Part shown: in pieces, positions 27,952-37,285 of the stretch
Position numbering within the stretch: the stretch's first letter is position 1
Layout of the letters: each line of letters begins with the position of its first letter
Assembly: GCA_965222605.1 (NCBI GenBank)
Contig: OZ244960.1
Location: forward strand, 5,696,001-5,760,000
Source of the DNA: Candidatus Latescibacterota bacterium
GTDB taxonomy: Bacteria; Latescibacterota; UBA2968
Length of the DNA stretch: 64,000 bases
Direction of reading: 5' to 3'
Made by a program: the position numbers and the translations under genes
Notes under the pieces: model-generated
Databases searched by the model: none
Told to the model about the DNA's origin: nothing
The model's input: only the letters and a program-made list of their open reading frames with translations

Positions 27952-30203
27952 CCTTCAAGCTCCATTTCCATATCGTTCATTTCGTCGGCCAGGCGGGAGA
28001 TGTCGATATCAGGATCGACATAGAGCCTCCGGTTGCTATTGTTGTTGACAATGTTCTCCCATGCCTTGCGCCGTTTGTTGTCAAGCCTATCTTCCCCATT
28101 TTTCCAAAAGCTCAATCCTTCACCCTTCGCCCACTCAATAAACGCCTCTGCTATCCCATCTGGCAATTCTTCATCGTGGTTATGCAAATCGTGGTCAACG
28201 ATCAGATGGCCGTTTCTGTCCAACTTGTCCTGTCCGATCTCATTTTTGAAATAGACATAATCGCCAGAGTTATCCTTACCACCTTTTTCGCTCACGGCAA
28301 AGAAGATGGGGTAGTCATCCACTTTGGGGCAAAGCGGCCCTTTTTTTGGATCATCATTCCACTTTTGCAGAAATAACACGCTGGTTTTAGTGCCTGTATG
28401 TGGCTTAAAGGTATTGCCATGTAGCCCAACTACAGCCAGGATGCGGGCCTGATCTGTGACAAATGCGCGAATATGCTTATCTGTTGTGTTGTTGAATCTG
28501 CCCTGCGGTAGCACAATCGCCATGCGCCCACCGGGCTTTAGAAAGTCCAGATTGCGCTCAATAAATAGGATATCGCGCCCGACTTTGCTTTGCGCCTTGC
28601 CGTTTGCCTTAAAGCCAAGTTCGTATTGATGCAAAAGGCGACTTTCCTTGATGTCTCCGGCAAAGGGTGGATTTGCCATCAGAATATCAAAATTAAACCG
28701 CTTGTTTTGGCCTCTTCTGGCTCTCAATTTTTCTAATCGTCTAAAACCATCGCGATAAGTGTCTCGCCATTTTACATCTTTCTCGGTCCTGTCGCTCCAG
28801 CGTTCAAAATCCAGCGTGTTCAGGTGCAAAACATTGGTTTCGCCATCTCCGGCGATCAGGTTCAGCGTGCGAGCAACGCGGACGGTTTTTTCGTCAAAGT
28901 CTATGCCGAACACTTTTAAGATATTTTCTCTTTCCTCAGCCTTTATCTCAGCATTGCCGAACAGATGTCCCGTGAGTTTGAAGATGGTATGCACCGGAAA
29001 ACCACAACTGCCGGAAGCAGTATCAATCATGTATTCACCGGGTTGAGGGTTGAGCATTTGTACGCACATATCAATGACATGACGAGGCGTAAAGTACTGT
29101 CCTTTTTCGCCTTTGGCGGATTTGTTGACCAGATATTCAAATGCTTCATCCACGATCAGCAGGTTGGAGTTAAATAGTTTGACGTCCTGCAAGCTGGACA
29201 CGCAGACGGATAGATGGCTGTCAGAGAGTTCAAATGTCGATTCTTCGGGAAAAACGCCCTGCCATTTATTTTTAGCCTGATCAAAAAGGCTTTGTATTTT
29301 CTCTTTCAGTTCCGTATCAGTCTGTCCTGTATTCCTGAACTCCATTAGTCTGAACCCTTCATCAGAGACCCCATTAACCGCCGCTTTAAGAGCTTCATAA
29401 TCCTGTCCGTCGAGGTAGTCTGGTCGCTTAGGTTCATGTACAGCCGTTTTTATAACCTGTCGCATAAAATAGTTGATAACTTCTTTGTCTGGCTGGCTAA
29501 GAAATTCATCATAGAGCTTGGTAAATATGAGCTTGAAAACCTCCTCGAATACATCGACCCCGGCATTTGCCAGAACTTCATCCTCCATTTCCAGAATAAT
29601 GTCTTTCAAGGATTTCCGCTCATTGGCGATTTTGTCTTTGATGATCAGGTCTTTCAGCGTAAAGTTTTCGCTGAGTATATCTTCAAGACTCTGTTTGCTG
29701 TTGGGAATATCGGTGATGTCTTCAAAGTAATTGGGATCTTTGCGGTGGTAATGGGAGATCTGCTCGCCATTCGTCCATACGCCAATCGGTGCGCCTGTGG
29801 CGTTGCAATAGGATCGGAGCTGGTTTTTGCCGTCTTTGAGCTTGGGCTTTTTTAATTCAACAATGATATAGGCGGTATCAAAACGGTCTTTGTCGAAGAT
29901 GACAATATCGGCCTTTTTCTTTTCCCTCCCAAAGTTGACCGGATGTTCAAAGCCCAATCGGTTTTTGGGATATCCATACTGATTGATAAGTCTTGTAGCA
30001 TAAAGCTGGCGGACAATCTCTTCGGGTTTTAGCTGGATATCCTTATCCCGCACAATGCACTTCACATGCGGGTTTTCTTTGCCACGGACAGTTTTGAGGA
30101 AAAATTTGGCACGCAGATCGTCAATTTCATCTTCCGAGAACAAGGCAAGATGATAATTGCTGTCTTTGAGTATCGCCTGGATAATGTCCGATTGTTGTGT
30201 CAT
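27948..30203 (-). CDS. Fused restriction endonuclease/N6-adenine methyltransferase (Type IIG/IIB-like, HsdR_N + HsdM)
   Basis: N-terminal PEEIVRQ...ADIVIF...VELKK nuclease motif, then GQYFTPR, DTASGSCGF and NPPF. About 50 extra residues follow EGLSFW. Confidence 0.9.
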   Translation of the reverse strand: MTQQSDIIQAILKDSNYHLALFSEDEIDDLRAKFFLKTVRGKENPHVKCIVRDKDIQLKPEEIVRQLYATRLINQYGYPKNRLGFEHPVNFGREKKKADIVIFDKDRFDTAYIIVELKKPKLKDGKNQLRSYCNATGAPIGVWTNGEQISHYHRKDPNYFEDITDIPNSKQSLEDILSENFTLKDLIIKDKIANERKSLKDIILEMEDEVLANAGVDVFEEVFKLIFTKLYDEFLSQPDKEVINYFMRQVIKTAVHEPKRPDYLDGQDYEALKAAVNGVSDEGFRLMEFRNTGQTDTELKEKIQSLFDQAKNKWQGVFPEESTFELSDSHLSVCVSSLQDVKLFNSNLLIVDEAFEYLVNKSAKGEKGQYFTPRHVIDMCVQMLNPQPGEYMIDTASGSCGFPVHTIFKLTGHLFGNAEIKAEERENILKVFGIDFDEKTVRVARTLNLIAGDGETNVLHLNTLDFERWSDRTEKDVKWRDTYRDGFRRLEKLRARRGQNKRFNFDILMANPPFAGDIKESRLLHQYELGFKANGKAQSKVGRDILFIERNLDFLKPGGRMAIVLPQGRFNNTTDKHIRAFVTDQARILAVVGLHGNTFKPHTGTKTSVLFLQKWNDDPKKGPLCPKVDDYPIFFAVSEKGGKDNSGDYVYFKNEIGQDKLDRNGHLIVDHDLHNHDEELPDGIAEAFIEWAKGEGLSFWKNGEDRLDNKRRKAWENIVNNNSNRRLYVDPDIDISRLADEMNDMEMELEG

Positions 30204-30249
30204 GATTCCTCCGCTATAATATGCTTACGACGCGAGAGCGTTGGGTGCG

Positions 30250-30480
30250 TCACACTGGTTCCCCATCCTCGGAGGAGTAAATGTCTTCTCCCTCCTCCTT
30301 CCAGAAGTCAAATGCACCACTTTGTTCCGCCAGGCGCATGATATCCCATGTTGGCACAGCATCTTCCTGCCTCTGCACGGTAATTTCTTCATAGCGTTGC
30401 GCGAGTTCTACCAGTCGTTCGAGTTCGTTTTGCGGAACCAGCACTTTCTCACCGATGTATTGGATGTGAATTGTTGTCAT
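30250..30480 (-). CDS. Small orphan antitoxin-like protein
   Basis: 76 aa with RBS AGGAG and the C-terminal antitoxin-type tail FDFWKEEGEDIYS. Confidence 0.55.
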   Translation of the reverse strand: MTTIHIQYIGEKVLVPQNELERLVELAQRYEEITVQRQEDAVPTWDIMRLAEQSGAFDFWKEEGEDIYSSEDGEPV

Positions 30481-30515
30481 TTCGGCTCCTGTTCAGGGTT
30501 TTATGTGTTTAATTT

Positions 30516-32079
30516 GTAACTATTTAGGTATGTGAGTAATCAAGGGTATAGTTGTGTTCTTTCAAGACCAGTGCAAGTTCTTTCAAGACAGGGATGCGCT
30601 GTTTTCTCAAGGTTGAGAGGAAGGCTTGGAGGCGTGCATATCTCTTGGCCCCTGCCAAGGTGCGAAAGCATGTGGCGACTTTCTGTTTGACTTTTGCCGG
30701 GCGCAAGTCTCGTTCGGCTTGATTATTGGTGAACGGGACAGCATGGTGAAAGGCAAAGGCCAATACCGCGTCTTGATGTGTGATGAGCCGTTGGAGTAAG
30801 TTATAGGCACGACTACCTTTTGCCCGTCCCTTCTTGCCAGTCTTCTTGACAGGTGGCGGTTCCTTCTTTTGGGCATAAAGGAGCAGACGTTGATAGATTT
30901 GGCGGGCTTTGGGCTGCTTCGCTTCGGGCAGATTGGTTGTGCCTTGCACACTCATGCGATAAAGGGCTAAGAGGAAGCGGTGCATGTGCTTGGCCCATCG
31001 GCTCCCATTCTCATAGGCATCGGTGAGTTCGCGCAGGAGATGTGCACCGCAAAGACTATGGCGACAAGGCCAAGAGGTGAAATAGCTCGCATAGCTATCG
31101 TGGACGGCCCAACCGGGGAAGGTGTTAAGCACCGAATCGGCTCCTTGCAACGCCTCACGTCCCCGTTTTTGATGCACGAACAAATGTGTCTCGTGTCCTG
31201 TGCTTGAGACATGCAGCCAGTGCAGGCGGCCTGCTACCCTCAGTCCGGTCTCATCAAAATGCGCCACCGGACTTGCCATCAGCCGTTTCTTAATCACCGA
31301 TTCGGTCTTTTCTAAGCCCCGATAGGCCAAGTCCAAGGCATCCTGTTGCGTGCTTTCATTGATGCCATGCCCAAACAGGTCTTCAAACAGATGCTTGATT
31401 TTCTTGAACGGAAGCCGATAGTCCACATTGAGCAGACAGGATAAGGCACGAACACGCGACCCATATTGCACCGGCGCAGAGATAGGAGGTGGAAAGCGAG
31501 AAGTGTGATAGGCGCCACAGCGCGAACAAGAACACCCAAAGGTCTGATATTCGGTCACCACCATACGAGGCTCTGGCAGATCAAAGCATTGGCGACGCGC
31601 AAGCAGACTTTGGGCAGCGGTGGACAAATCCTGACCGCAAGAACACTTTTCAACCCGCAGGGGAACCACCACATCAGGCGTCTCAACCTGCGACAACGTT
31701 TGACCCTTATGACCGCGCAGACCACCGCGCCGACGCTTCTGACTCGACTTGGGAAAGGCTGGCTTTTTGCGATATCCCTCGCTGGATGGGGGACGATGGC
31801 TATTCTGGCTATCTTGACCTACTTGCCGCTTGAGGCGGGCATTTTCTTCGCGTAATTGCACGTTCTCTTCGCGTAATTGCTCAGTCTCAAGACTTAAGCA
31901 CTCATGCCCTGCTTCCAAGTGCTCAATGCGACTTAATAACTCATCTATGAGGTGATGAAGGCCAACAATATCTTCTGGACGACGCAATTCCACATCCTTT
32001 CATTAAACAAAACATAAATCACTCACTCAGACATAGGATAGACTTTTATAACCCTAAACGCAACAACCTAAATAGTTAC
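30516..32079 (-). mobile_element. Complete IS66-family insertion sequence (single-ORF type), 1564 bp
   Basis: Perfect 14-bp terminal inverted repeats GTAACTATTTAGGT (30516-30529 and 32066-32079), flanked by the 8-bp direct repeat TTTAATTT (30508-30515 and 32080-32087). Confidence 0.95.
30524..31993 (-). CDS. IS66-family transposase
   Basis: Coiled coil, NSHRPPS, Zn ribbon, HFDETG, VHDSY, CGAHLLREL, FTNNQAERDLR. Confidence 0.95.
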   Translation of the reverse strand: MELRRPEDIVGLHHLIDELLSRIEHLEAGHECLSLETEQLREENVQLREENARLKRQVGQDSQNSHRPPSSEGYRKKPAFPKSSQKRRRGGLRGHKGQTLSQVETPDVVVPLRVEKCSCGQDLSTAAQSLLARRQCFDLPEPRMVVTEYQTFGCSCSRCGAYHTSRFPPPISAPVQYGSRVRALSCLLNVDYRLPFKKIKHLFEDLFGHGINESTQQDALDLAYRGLEKTESVIKKRLMASPVAHFDETGLRVAGRLHWLHVSSTGHETHLFVHQKRGREALQGADSVLNTFPGWAVHDSYASYFTSWPCRHSLCGAHLLRELTDAYENGSRWAKHMHRFLLALYRMSVQGTTNLPEAKQPKARQIYQRLLLYAQKKEPPPVKKTGKKGRAKGSRAYNLLQRLITHQDAVLAFAFHHAVPFTNNQAERDLRPAKVKQKVATCFRTLAGAKRYARLQAFLSTLRKQRIPVLKELALVLKEHNYTLDYSHT

Positions 32080-32089
32080 TTTAATTTTA

Positions 32090-34078
32090 TCAAGCCGCGC
32101 GGAAATGTACGGCGTGGCCCCTTTCTGGAAACCAGATTACGTCCAGCATCAGGGACAGGGCTACGCCGAGGACATAGCCGACGAGCAAGCCGATGAAAAA
32201 GGGCCGCGATTTGTGATAGACAGAAGGACCGCCCACTTTGAGCATCACCAGCTTAATCAGCCAGGCGATAAATAATGTGAAACTGCTGGCGCGAATCAAT
32301 GGGGTTCCGGAAAGCGCGAGGCCCACCGGGTGCAGGGGCCACCACACAAACCGATGGCGCATAAAAATGAGACCGATCATCGCGAGACCGCCTATGCCGA
32401 AAAAGGCCAGATTTTCGGGATTATCCACGTAAAAGGGCGGATTGTCGGCATTCTTGACCGCGTTGGCGGCATTCTTAAAATAATTGCGAGCACTTCTGGG
32501 GATCTCGGCGACATTAAAATTAAACGCGCCCTCGTCATAGCCCAATTTCAAAGTGAGGAAAATGCTCGTTATAAAACTCACCGCAAAAGCCATGTAAAGT
32601 GCGGCCATCAACTTGTGGCGGTTATCGGTGATGCCCTCGGACAACTTGCCGACCTGGGCGGTAGCCGGCAAAAATAGGCCCTTGGCATTCCCCGTAATTA
32701 AATTGGCGAATCGAAACGCCACGTGCGTAGTGGGTGGGATTCCGACATTGCCGAAAAAGGGCGCCACATAATTCCACGCAATCCCCGGTATCTGAGTGTA
32801 GGGCATGCCGGTATCCGACAAAATTTTCGCCATTCCAATATATCCACAGACACATGCCATCAGCAGCAAGGCGCTGATGATGGGATCCATGTTCATCTGC
32901 ATCATCCAGATAAACAAAAACGCGAGGCCAGCCACAACGCCGACCACAGCGGCGCGATAGGACAATAGCTCATCGCGGTCATCCACGCTTTCGTCTTTGC
33001 CCAGGGCCTTCATTATTACATCCCGCAAATGCAGTCGCGCCACCCAGAACATCGAAATCACCAGCACGACAAACGCGCCGCGCGTCTGCCATTGGTACAC
33101 GCCGCGATAAGCAACGGGGACCATGGATTTATATCCCAATTTATTGAGCCAGCCCCCTTCGACGATAAAGACCAGATCGAACACCCACAAACTGAGCAAC
33201 ACATCAAGGCTGGCAAAATAGGAGAAGAAGATGGAAAACAAGCCCACGGATGCTCGAATGCGCGGGAATTGTGGATCCATGATATGCCATCTGCCCCCGT
33301 GAATGGGAAAGCGCGGAAAATTTGGCAAAAAATAATTGATACAATTCCAGGCGATCATGCCAAATGCCAGGACAAAGCCAATCCAGAACAGGCGATTGTA
33401 CATAAAGCCCGGCAATGCGCGTTTGCCGCCCCCCGGTTCGGACATCATATTGATCAGGGGAGCCATCGCGGGATATGCCAGGCGTTCGTTTTGCACCCAC
33501 TGTTTTCTAAAAATGATCCCCACACAGGTCAGTACCACAAACGCAGCTGTAAAAGCCATAAACCACCAGAACAGCGGCAGCACCCATATATCCCACGGGA
33601 TGGCCGCACCTTCGGGGCGACCTTCGAAAAACCATGCGATGCCATTGCCTTCATTGGTCGGAATCATAAAATCGGGCAGATGTGGATGCAGCAATTCGGC
33701 CCAGTTGTTGTCTTCGGTCGCGTAGAAATAAGGTGCGGACATATACCCGATCAAAAATCCCGTACTGCCCCAGATCGGCATGGTTGCGCCCACGAGGCCC
33801 ATCGACAAAATGGTGTGCCATTCCCCGGACTGAAGGGAGAATCGCGCAAGCCTGCCCATCACCGCGAGCGCGATTAGCATGGTAATAAATACGATGAGCA
33901 TGGCCATTGGAATGTGCGATAGCACCATGCGCGAGCCGTGATAATAAAACCGCACATAGACCGCAATCACATCCAGTAGTATCACCAGGAGCAGGCCCAA
34001 ACCGATGGCCCGCAGCGTAATACCCCCGCGAGGAGATTGTTCTGTATCGCGCTGGATATCTGATACACGTGTTGCCAT
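32090..34078 (-). CDS. DUF6785/DUF6784-type polytopic membrane protein (putative transporter)
   Basis: Many TM helices, with RKQWVQNERLAYP, WWPLHPVG and PFFIGLLVG motifs. Confidence 0.7.
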   Translation of the reverse strand: MATRVSDIQRDTEQSPRGGITLRAIGLGLLLVILLDVIAVYVRFYYHGSRMVLSHIPMAMLIVFITMLIALAVMGRLARFSLQSGEWHTILSMGLVGATMPIWGSTGFLIGYMSAPYFYATEDNNWAELLHPHLPDFMIPTNEGNGIAWFFEGRPEGAAIPWDIWVLPLFWWFMAFTAAFVVLTCVGIIFRKQWVQNERLAYPAMAPLINMMSEPGGGKRALPGFMYNRLFWIGFVLAFGMIAWNCINYFLPNFPRFPIHGGRWHIMDPQFPRIRASVGLFSIFFSYFASLDVLLSLWVFDLVFIVEGGWLNKLGYKSMVPVAYRGVYQWQTRGAFVVLVISMFWVARLHLRDVIMKALGKDESVDDRDELLSYRAAVVGVVAGLAFLFIWMMQMNMDPIISALLLMACVCGYIGMAKILSDTGMPYTQIPGIAWNYVAPFFGNVGIPPTTHVAFRFANLITGNAKGLFLPATAQVGKLSEGITDNRHKLMAALYMAFAVSFITSIFLTLKLGYDEGAFNFNVAEIPRSARNYFKNAANAVKNADNPPFYVDNPENLAFFGIGGLAMIGLIFMRHRFVWWPLHPVGLALSGTPLIRASSFTLFIAWLIKLVMLKVGGPSVYHKSRPFFIGLLVGYVLGVALSLMLDVIWFPERGHAVHFRAA

Positions 34079-34107
34079 CTACGGCATTCCTTTTAAATAA
34101 GACAGGC

Positions 34108-34842
34108 TTAAAGTGCGCGTCCGCGCAAAACCTCGCGGCATTGTTCCTCGCTATTGCCCGTCACATTATAGGCAAAGGTATTCATGCGGCGATCTCGGTG
34201 CGATGTATTTGGTCCCGATCCGTGAATGGTTAGCGCGCTAAAAAACACGCCATCGCCCGGTTCCATTGCTACGGGCACCGCGTCTTCTCGCTCGCGATAG
34301 TGCCCCGGCAAAAATACGCCAAAACTCGTTTGTGCGCGTTCGTGTTCTTGCAGGCCCCATTTGTGGCTGCCGGGGATGAATTGAATACAGCCATTTTCAT
34401 CGTCTGTCCCGTCAATAGCGAGTTGGCAGTTGACCATCAAAGGCCGATTGTCTTCGCGTTTCCAATACGCGTAATCCTGATGCCAGGGTATCGCCGTGCC
34501 ATCGCGCGCGGCTTTCATCAATAGCTTGCTGTGATACAGTGAGATATTCGGCCCAATCAGAGCCTCAATAATATCCAACATATCGTCGCAGCGCAATGCG
34601 CGATTTAATCCCTCGCTGATCACTTCGCTGTGCATCAACTGTCGGATGCGCTGGGGCAGGCGATCATCCTCAAATTCTTCCCATGAGATCCCGATTTCGT
34701 CGGGCGCGTTTTCTGCCATTCGCTCGTGCAAGCCCGCGATTTCGCGTTCGATATGCGAAATTTCATCGGATGAAATCAATCCTTTTTTCAACACATATCC
34801 ATTTTGGTCGTAGAATTTTTGTTCTGCATCCGTTAGTCCCAT
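34108..34842 (-). CDS. Phytanoyl-CoA dioxygenase (PhyH) family Fe/2OG dioxygenase
   Basis: PWHQD, IPGSHKW, IHGSGPNTS..RR. Confidence 0.9.
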   Translation of the reverse strand: MGLTDAEQKFYDQNGYVLKKGLISSDEISHIEREIAGLHERMAENAPDEIGISWEEFEDDRLPQRIRQLMHSEVISEGLNRALRCDDMLDIIEALIGPNISLYHSKLLMKAARDGTAIPWHQDYAYWKREDNRPLMVNCQLAIDGTDDENGCIQFIPGSHKWGLQEHERAQTSFGVFLPGHYREREDAVPVAMEPGDGVFFSALTIHGSGPNTSHRDRRMNTFAYNVTGNSEEQCREVLRGRAL

Positions 34843-35096
34843 TGGACACTCCTTTTTGGTGACGTTTATCCATCTCAACCGGCATCTAATTTACAAATTA
34901 TGACGCGCTCTTGCAAAATCAATTATATTAATGTACAAATTAGAAATAAGGAACAGAAAGAGAGTGGTTGACGTATAAATGGGGTTGAGCGCGTTTTTCG
35001 CCCCACGCTTGATCTGGATATTATAATAAGCATATATTGCAGAGTAAACCCGACCTTTTGCCACCGCCCAATTGGGCATTAAAACAAGGAAAGCCG

Positions 35097-37253
35097 ATGA
35101 AAATACGTATTCTTTTTACTTTGTTGTCCTGTATCGCTCTTCTGGGAAGTATTTCCGAGGCGTCTGATTGGACGCACTGGCGCGGTCCTATGCAAAACGG
35201 CGCGTCGCCGGAGACAGGACTCATTTCTTCATGGTCTATAGCTGGCGAAAATCTGATCTGGCAGCGTGCATTTATCGGTAGATCTACACCGGTTATTGTA
35301 AATGGTCGGGTCTATGTTATCGGACGAACCGGCAAAGACATAACCGAGCAGGAGCACATCGCGTGTTTTGATGCCGAAACGGGCGATCTCGTGTGGGAAA
35401 AAAAGTTCAATGTCTGGCACTCGACCATTCCCTTCAACCGTCTCGGCTGGGCAAGCATGGGGGCCGATGGTGAAACCGGCAATATTTACGCCCATCTCGT
35501 CAATGGGTTATTGATCTGTTTTGATACCGATGGCTATGTCCAATGGCAGCGGTCTCTAACCGAAGAATTTAATCGATTCTCCGGTTATGGTGGGCGATTG
35601 CACACGCCCGTTGTCGATGGCGACCTGGTCATCATCAGCATGGGCAACCGAGGGTGGGCGGGCAAACCGCCTTCTCATCGGTATGTTGCCTTCAACAAAC
35701 ACACGGGTGAAACCGCGTGGATGGCTCGTCCAGGCGGCGGTGGACAGGTTGATTTAACCGTTTACTCTACGCCTGTTGTCACGACAATTGACGGGCAGCG
35801 CGCGTTGGTTGCCGGCAATGGCAATGGCGGTATTTTTGCCTTCAAAGTCGCAACGGGTGAAAAAGTGTGGGGATTTCCTCTCAGTAGGCGCGGTATCAAT
35901 ACTTCGCCCGCTGTGGCTGACAATCGCGTTTATGTCACGCACAGCGAAGAAAATGTCGATAATACCTCCCTTGGTCGCGTCACCTGTTTGGATGCGCGCA
36001 CGGGCAAAGAAATCTGGCGACAAGACGGTATGACTGTGGGCTATGCTTCGCCAGCGGTTCACGAGGGACGCGTCTATGTTATCGACAATTCGGCCAATGT
36101 GCATTGTTTGGACGCCAAGACGGGAAAGCAATATTGGGAGCAAAGTATCGGTACTGTGGGCAAGGGATCGCCGACATGGGCCGATGGCAAACTCTATGTT
36201 ACTGAAGTCAATGGCGGCTTCCAAATTCTCAAAACGAGCGATATGGGCGCGGAAGTGCTCGACAAAAAGAAAATCGCAATGCCTGAGGGCGGGCATGCCG
36301 AGATCTACGGGTCAGTCGCCGTTGCGTATCATCGCATCTATTTTGCGACCGAAGCAGGGTTGTTTTGTCTGGGCGATAAAAACGCGCGATTTGAAGTCAT
36401 GCCTTCTCCTCATGCAAAGCACGAAAGCGCGCCTTCGGGTGCCAAACCCGCATCTATTCTTTCTATTCCGGCTGAGACGACCATACAACAGGGCGAGGTA
36501 CTGCCCCTGCGGGCAGAGGCTTATGACGAAAAGGGTCGTTTGATCGGCAATGCCACTGCCGAGTGGTCGTTGAATGGCCTGGATGGAGAAATAAAGAACA
36601 ATCAGTTTGTACCATCCCGAGCGGGACAGGGCGGCTGGATCACGGCCAGGGTAGGTGAATTAACCCGACAAACCTGGGTGCGCGTGGTGCCCCCTTTGCC
36701 CTGGACAGAGGATTTTGAAAATGTCGAAGTCGGCAAAAACCCATTACACTGGGTGTGGGGGGGCAGGGGTTTCGCGGTGGAGGAAAAAGATGGCAACAAG
36801 GTACTGGCAAAACCCCCTGCTGCGCGCGGCTTAGATCGCTCAAATCTCTATGTGGCGCCGTACAAACTCAGTGGATATACGATTCAGGCCGATCTTATGG
36901 GTACGCAAAACAAGCGTCGTCGTCCCGATATGGGTCTCATTGCCCACCGCTATATCCTCGATCTTCAGGGCATTCACCAACGCCTCGAAGTTCGGTCGTG
37001 GTCGTCGGATTTGCGCATGGCAAAACGCATCGATTTTCACTGGGACATGGACGTGTGGTACACCATGAAAATGAGAGTTGATGTCGAAGGCGGTAAAGCC
37101 ATCGTTCGGGGCAAAGTTTGGAAAAAAGGCGATCCCGAACCCGATGCCTGGAGTATCGAAGTAGAAGATCCTCTGCCGATAGAAGAGGGCAGCCCCGCGC
37201 TTTATGGCTATTCACCCGCCACGATTTACTACGATAATGTGAAAATGTGGTAA
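35097..37253 (+). CDS. Secreted PQQ-like beta-propeller protein with C-terminal Ig-like and beta-sandwich domains
   Basis: Signal peptide, DWTHWRGP, repeated DAxTGxxxW blades, and about 270 aa of C-terminal extension. Confidence 0.8.
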   Translation: MKIRILFTLLSCIALLGSISEASDWTHWRGPMQNGASPETGLISSWSIAGENLIWQRAFIGRSTPVIVNGRVYVIGRTGKDITEQEHIACFDAETGDLVWEKKFNVWHSTIPFNRLGWASMGADGETGNIYAHLVNGLLICFDTDGYVQWQRSLTEEFNRFSGYGGRLHTPVVDGDLVIISMGNRGWAGKPPSHRYVAFNKHTGETAWMARPGGGGQVDLTVYSTPVVTTIDGQRALVAGNGNGGIFAFKVATGEKVWGFPLSRRGINTSPAVADNRVYVTHSEENVDNTSLGRVTCLDARTGKEIWRQDGMTVGYASPAVHEGRVYVIDNSANVHCLDAKTGKQYWEQSIGTVGKGSPTWADGKLYVTEVNGGFQILKTSDMGAEVLDKKKIAMPEGGHAEIYGSVAVAYHRIYFATEAGLFCLGDKNARFEVMPSPHAKHESAPSGAKPASILSIPAETTIQQGEVLPLRAEAYDEKGRLIGNATAEWSLNGLDGEIKNNQFVPSRAGQGGWITARVGELTRQTWVRVVPPLPWTEDFENVEVGKNPLHWVWGGRGFAVEEKDGNKVLAKPPAARGLDRSNLYVAPYKLSGYTIQADLMGTQNKRRRPDMGLIAHRYILDLQGIHQRLEVRSWSSDLRMAKRIDFHWDMDVWYTMKMRVDVEGGKAIVRGKVWKKGDPEPDAWSIEVEDPLPIEEGSPALYGYSPATIYYDNVKMW

Positions 37254-37285
37254 TTGTCATAACCCCTTACAGATAAAGGAATAAA

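Noticed and set aside
31848-31881. Direct repeat TTCGCGTAATTGC (two copies)
   Set aside because: It encodes the coiled-coil heptads (QLREEN) of the IS66 transposase.
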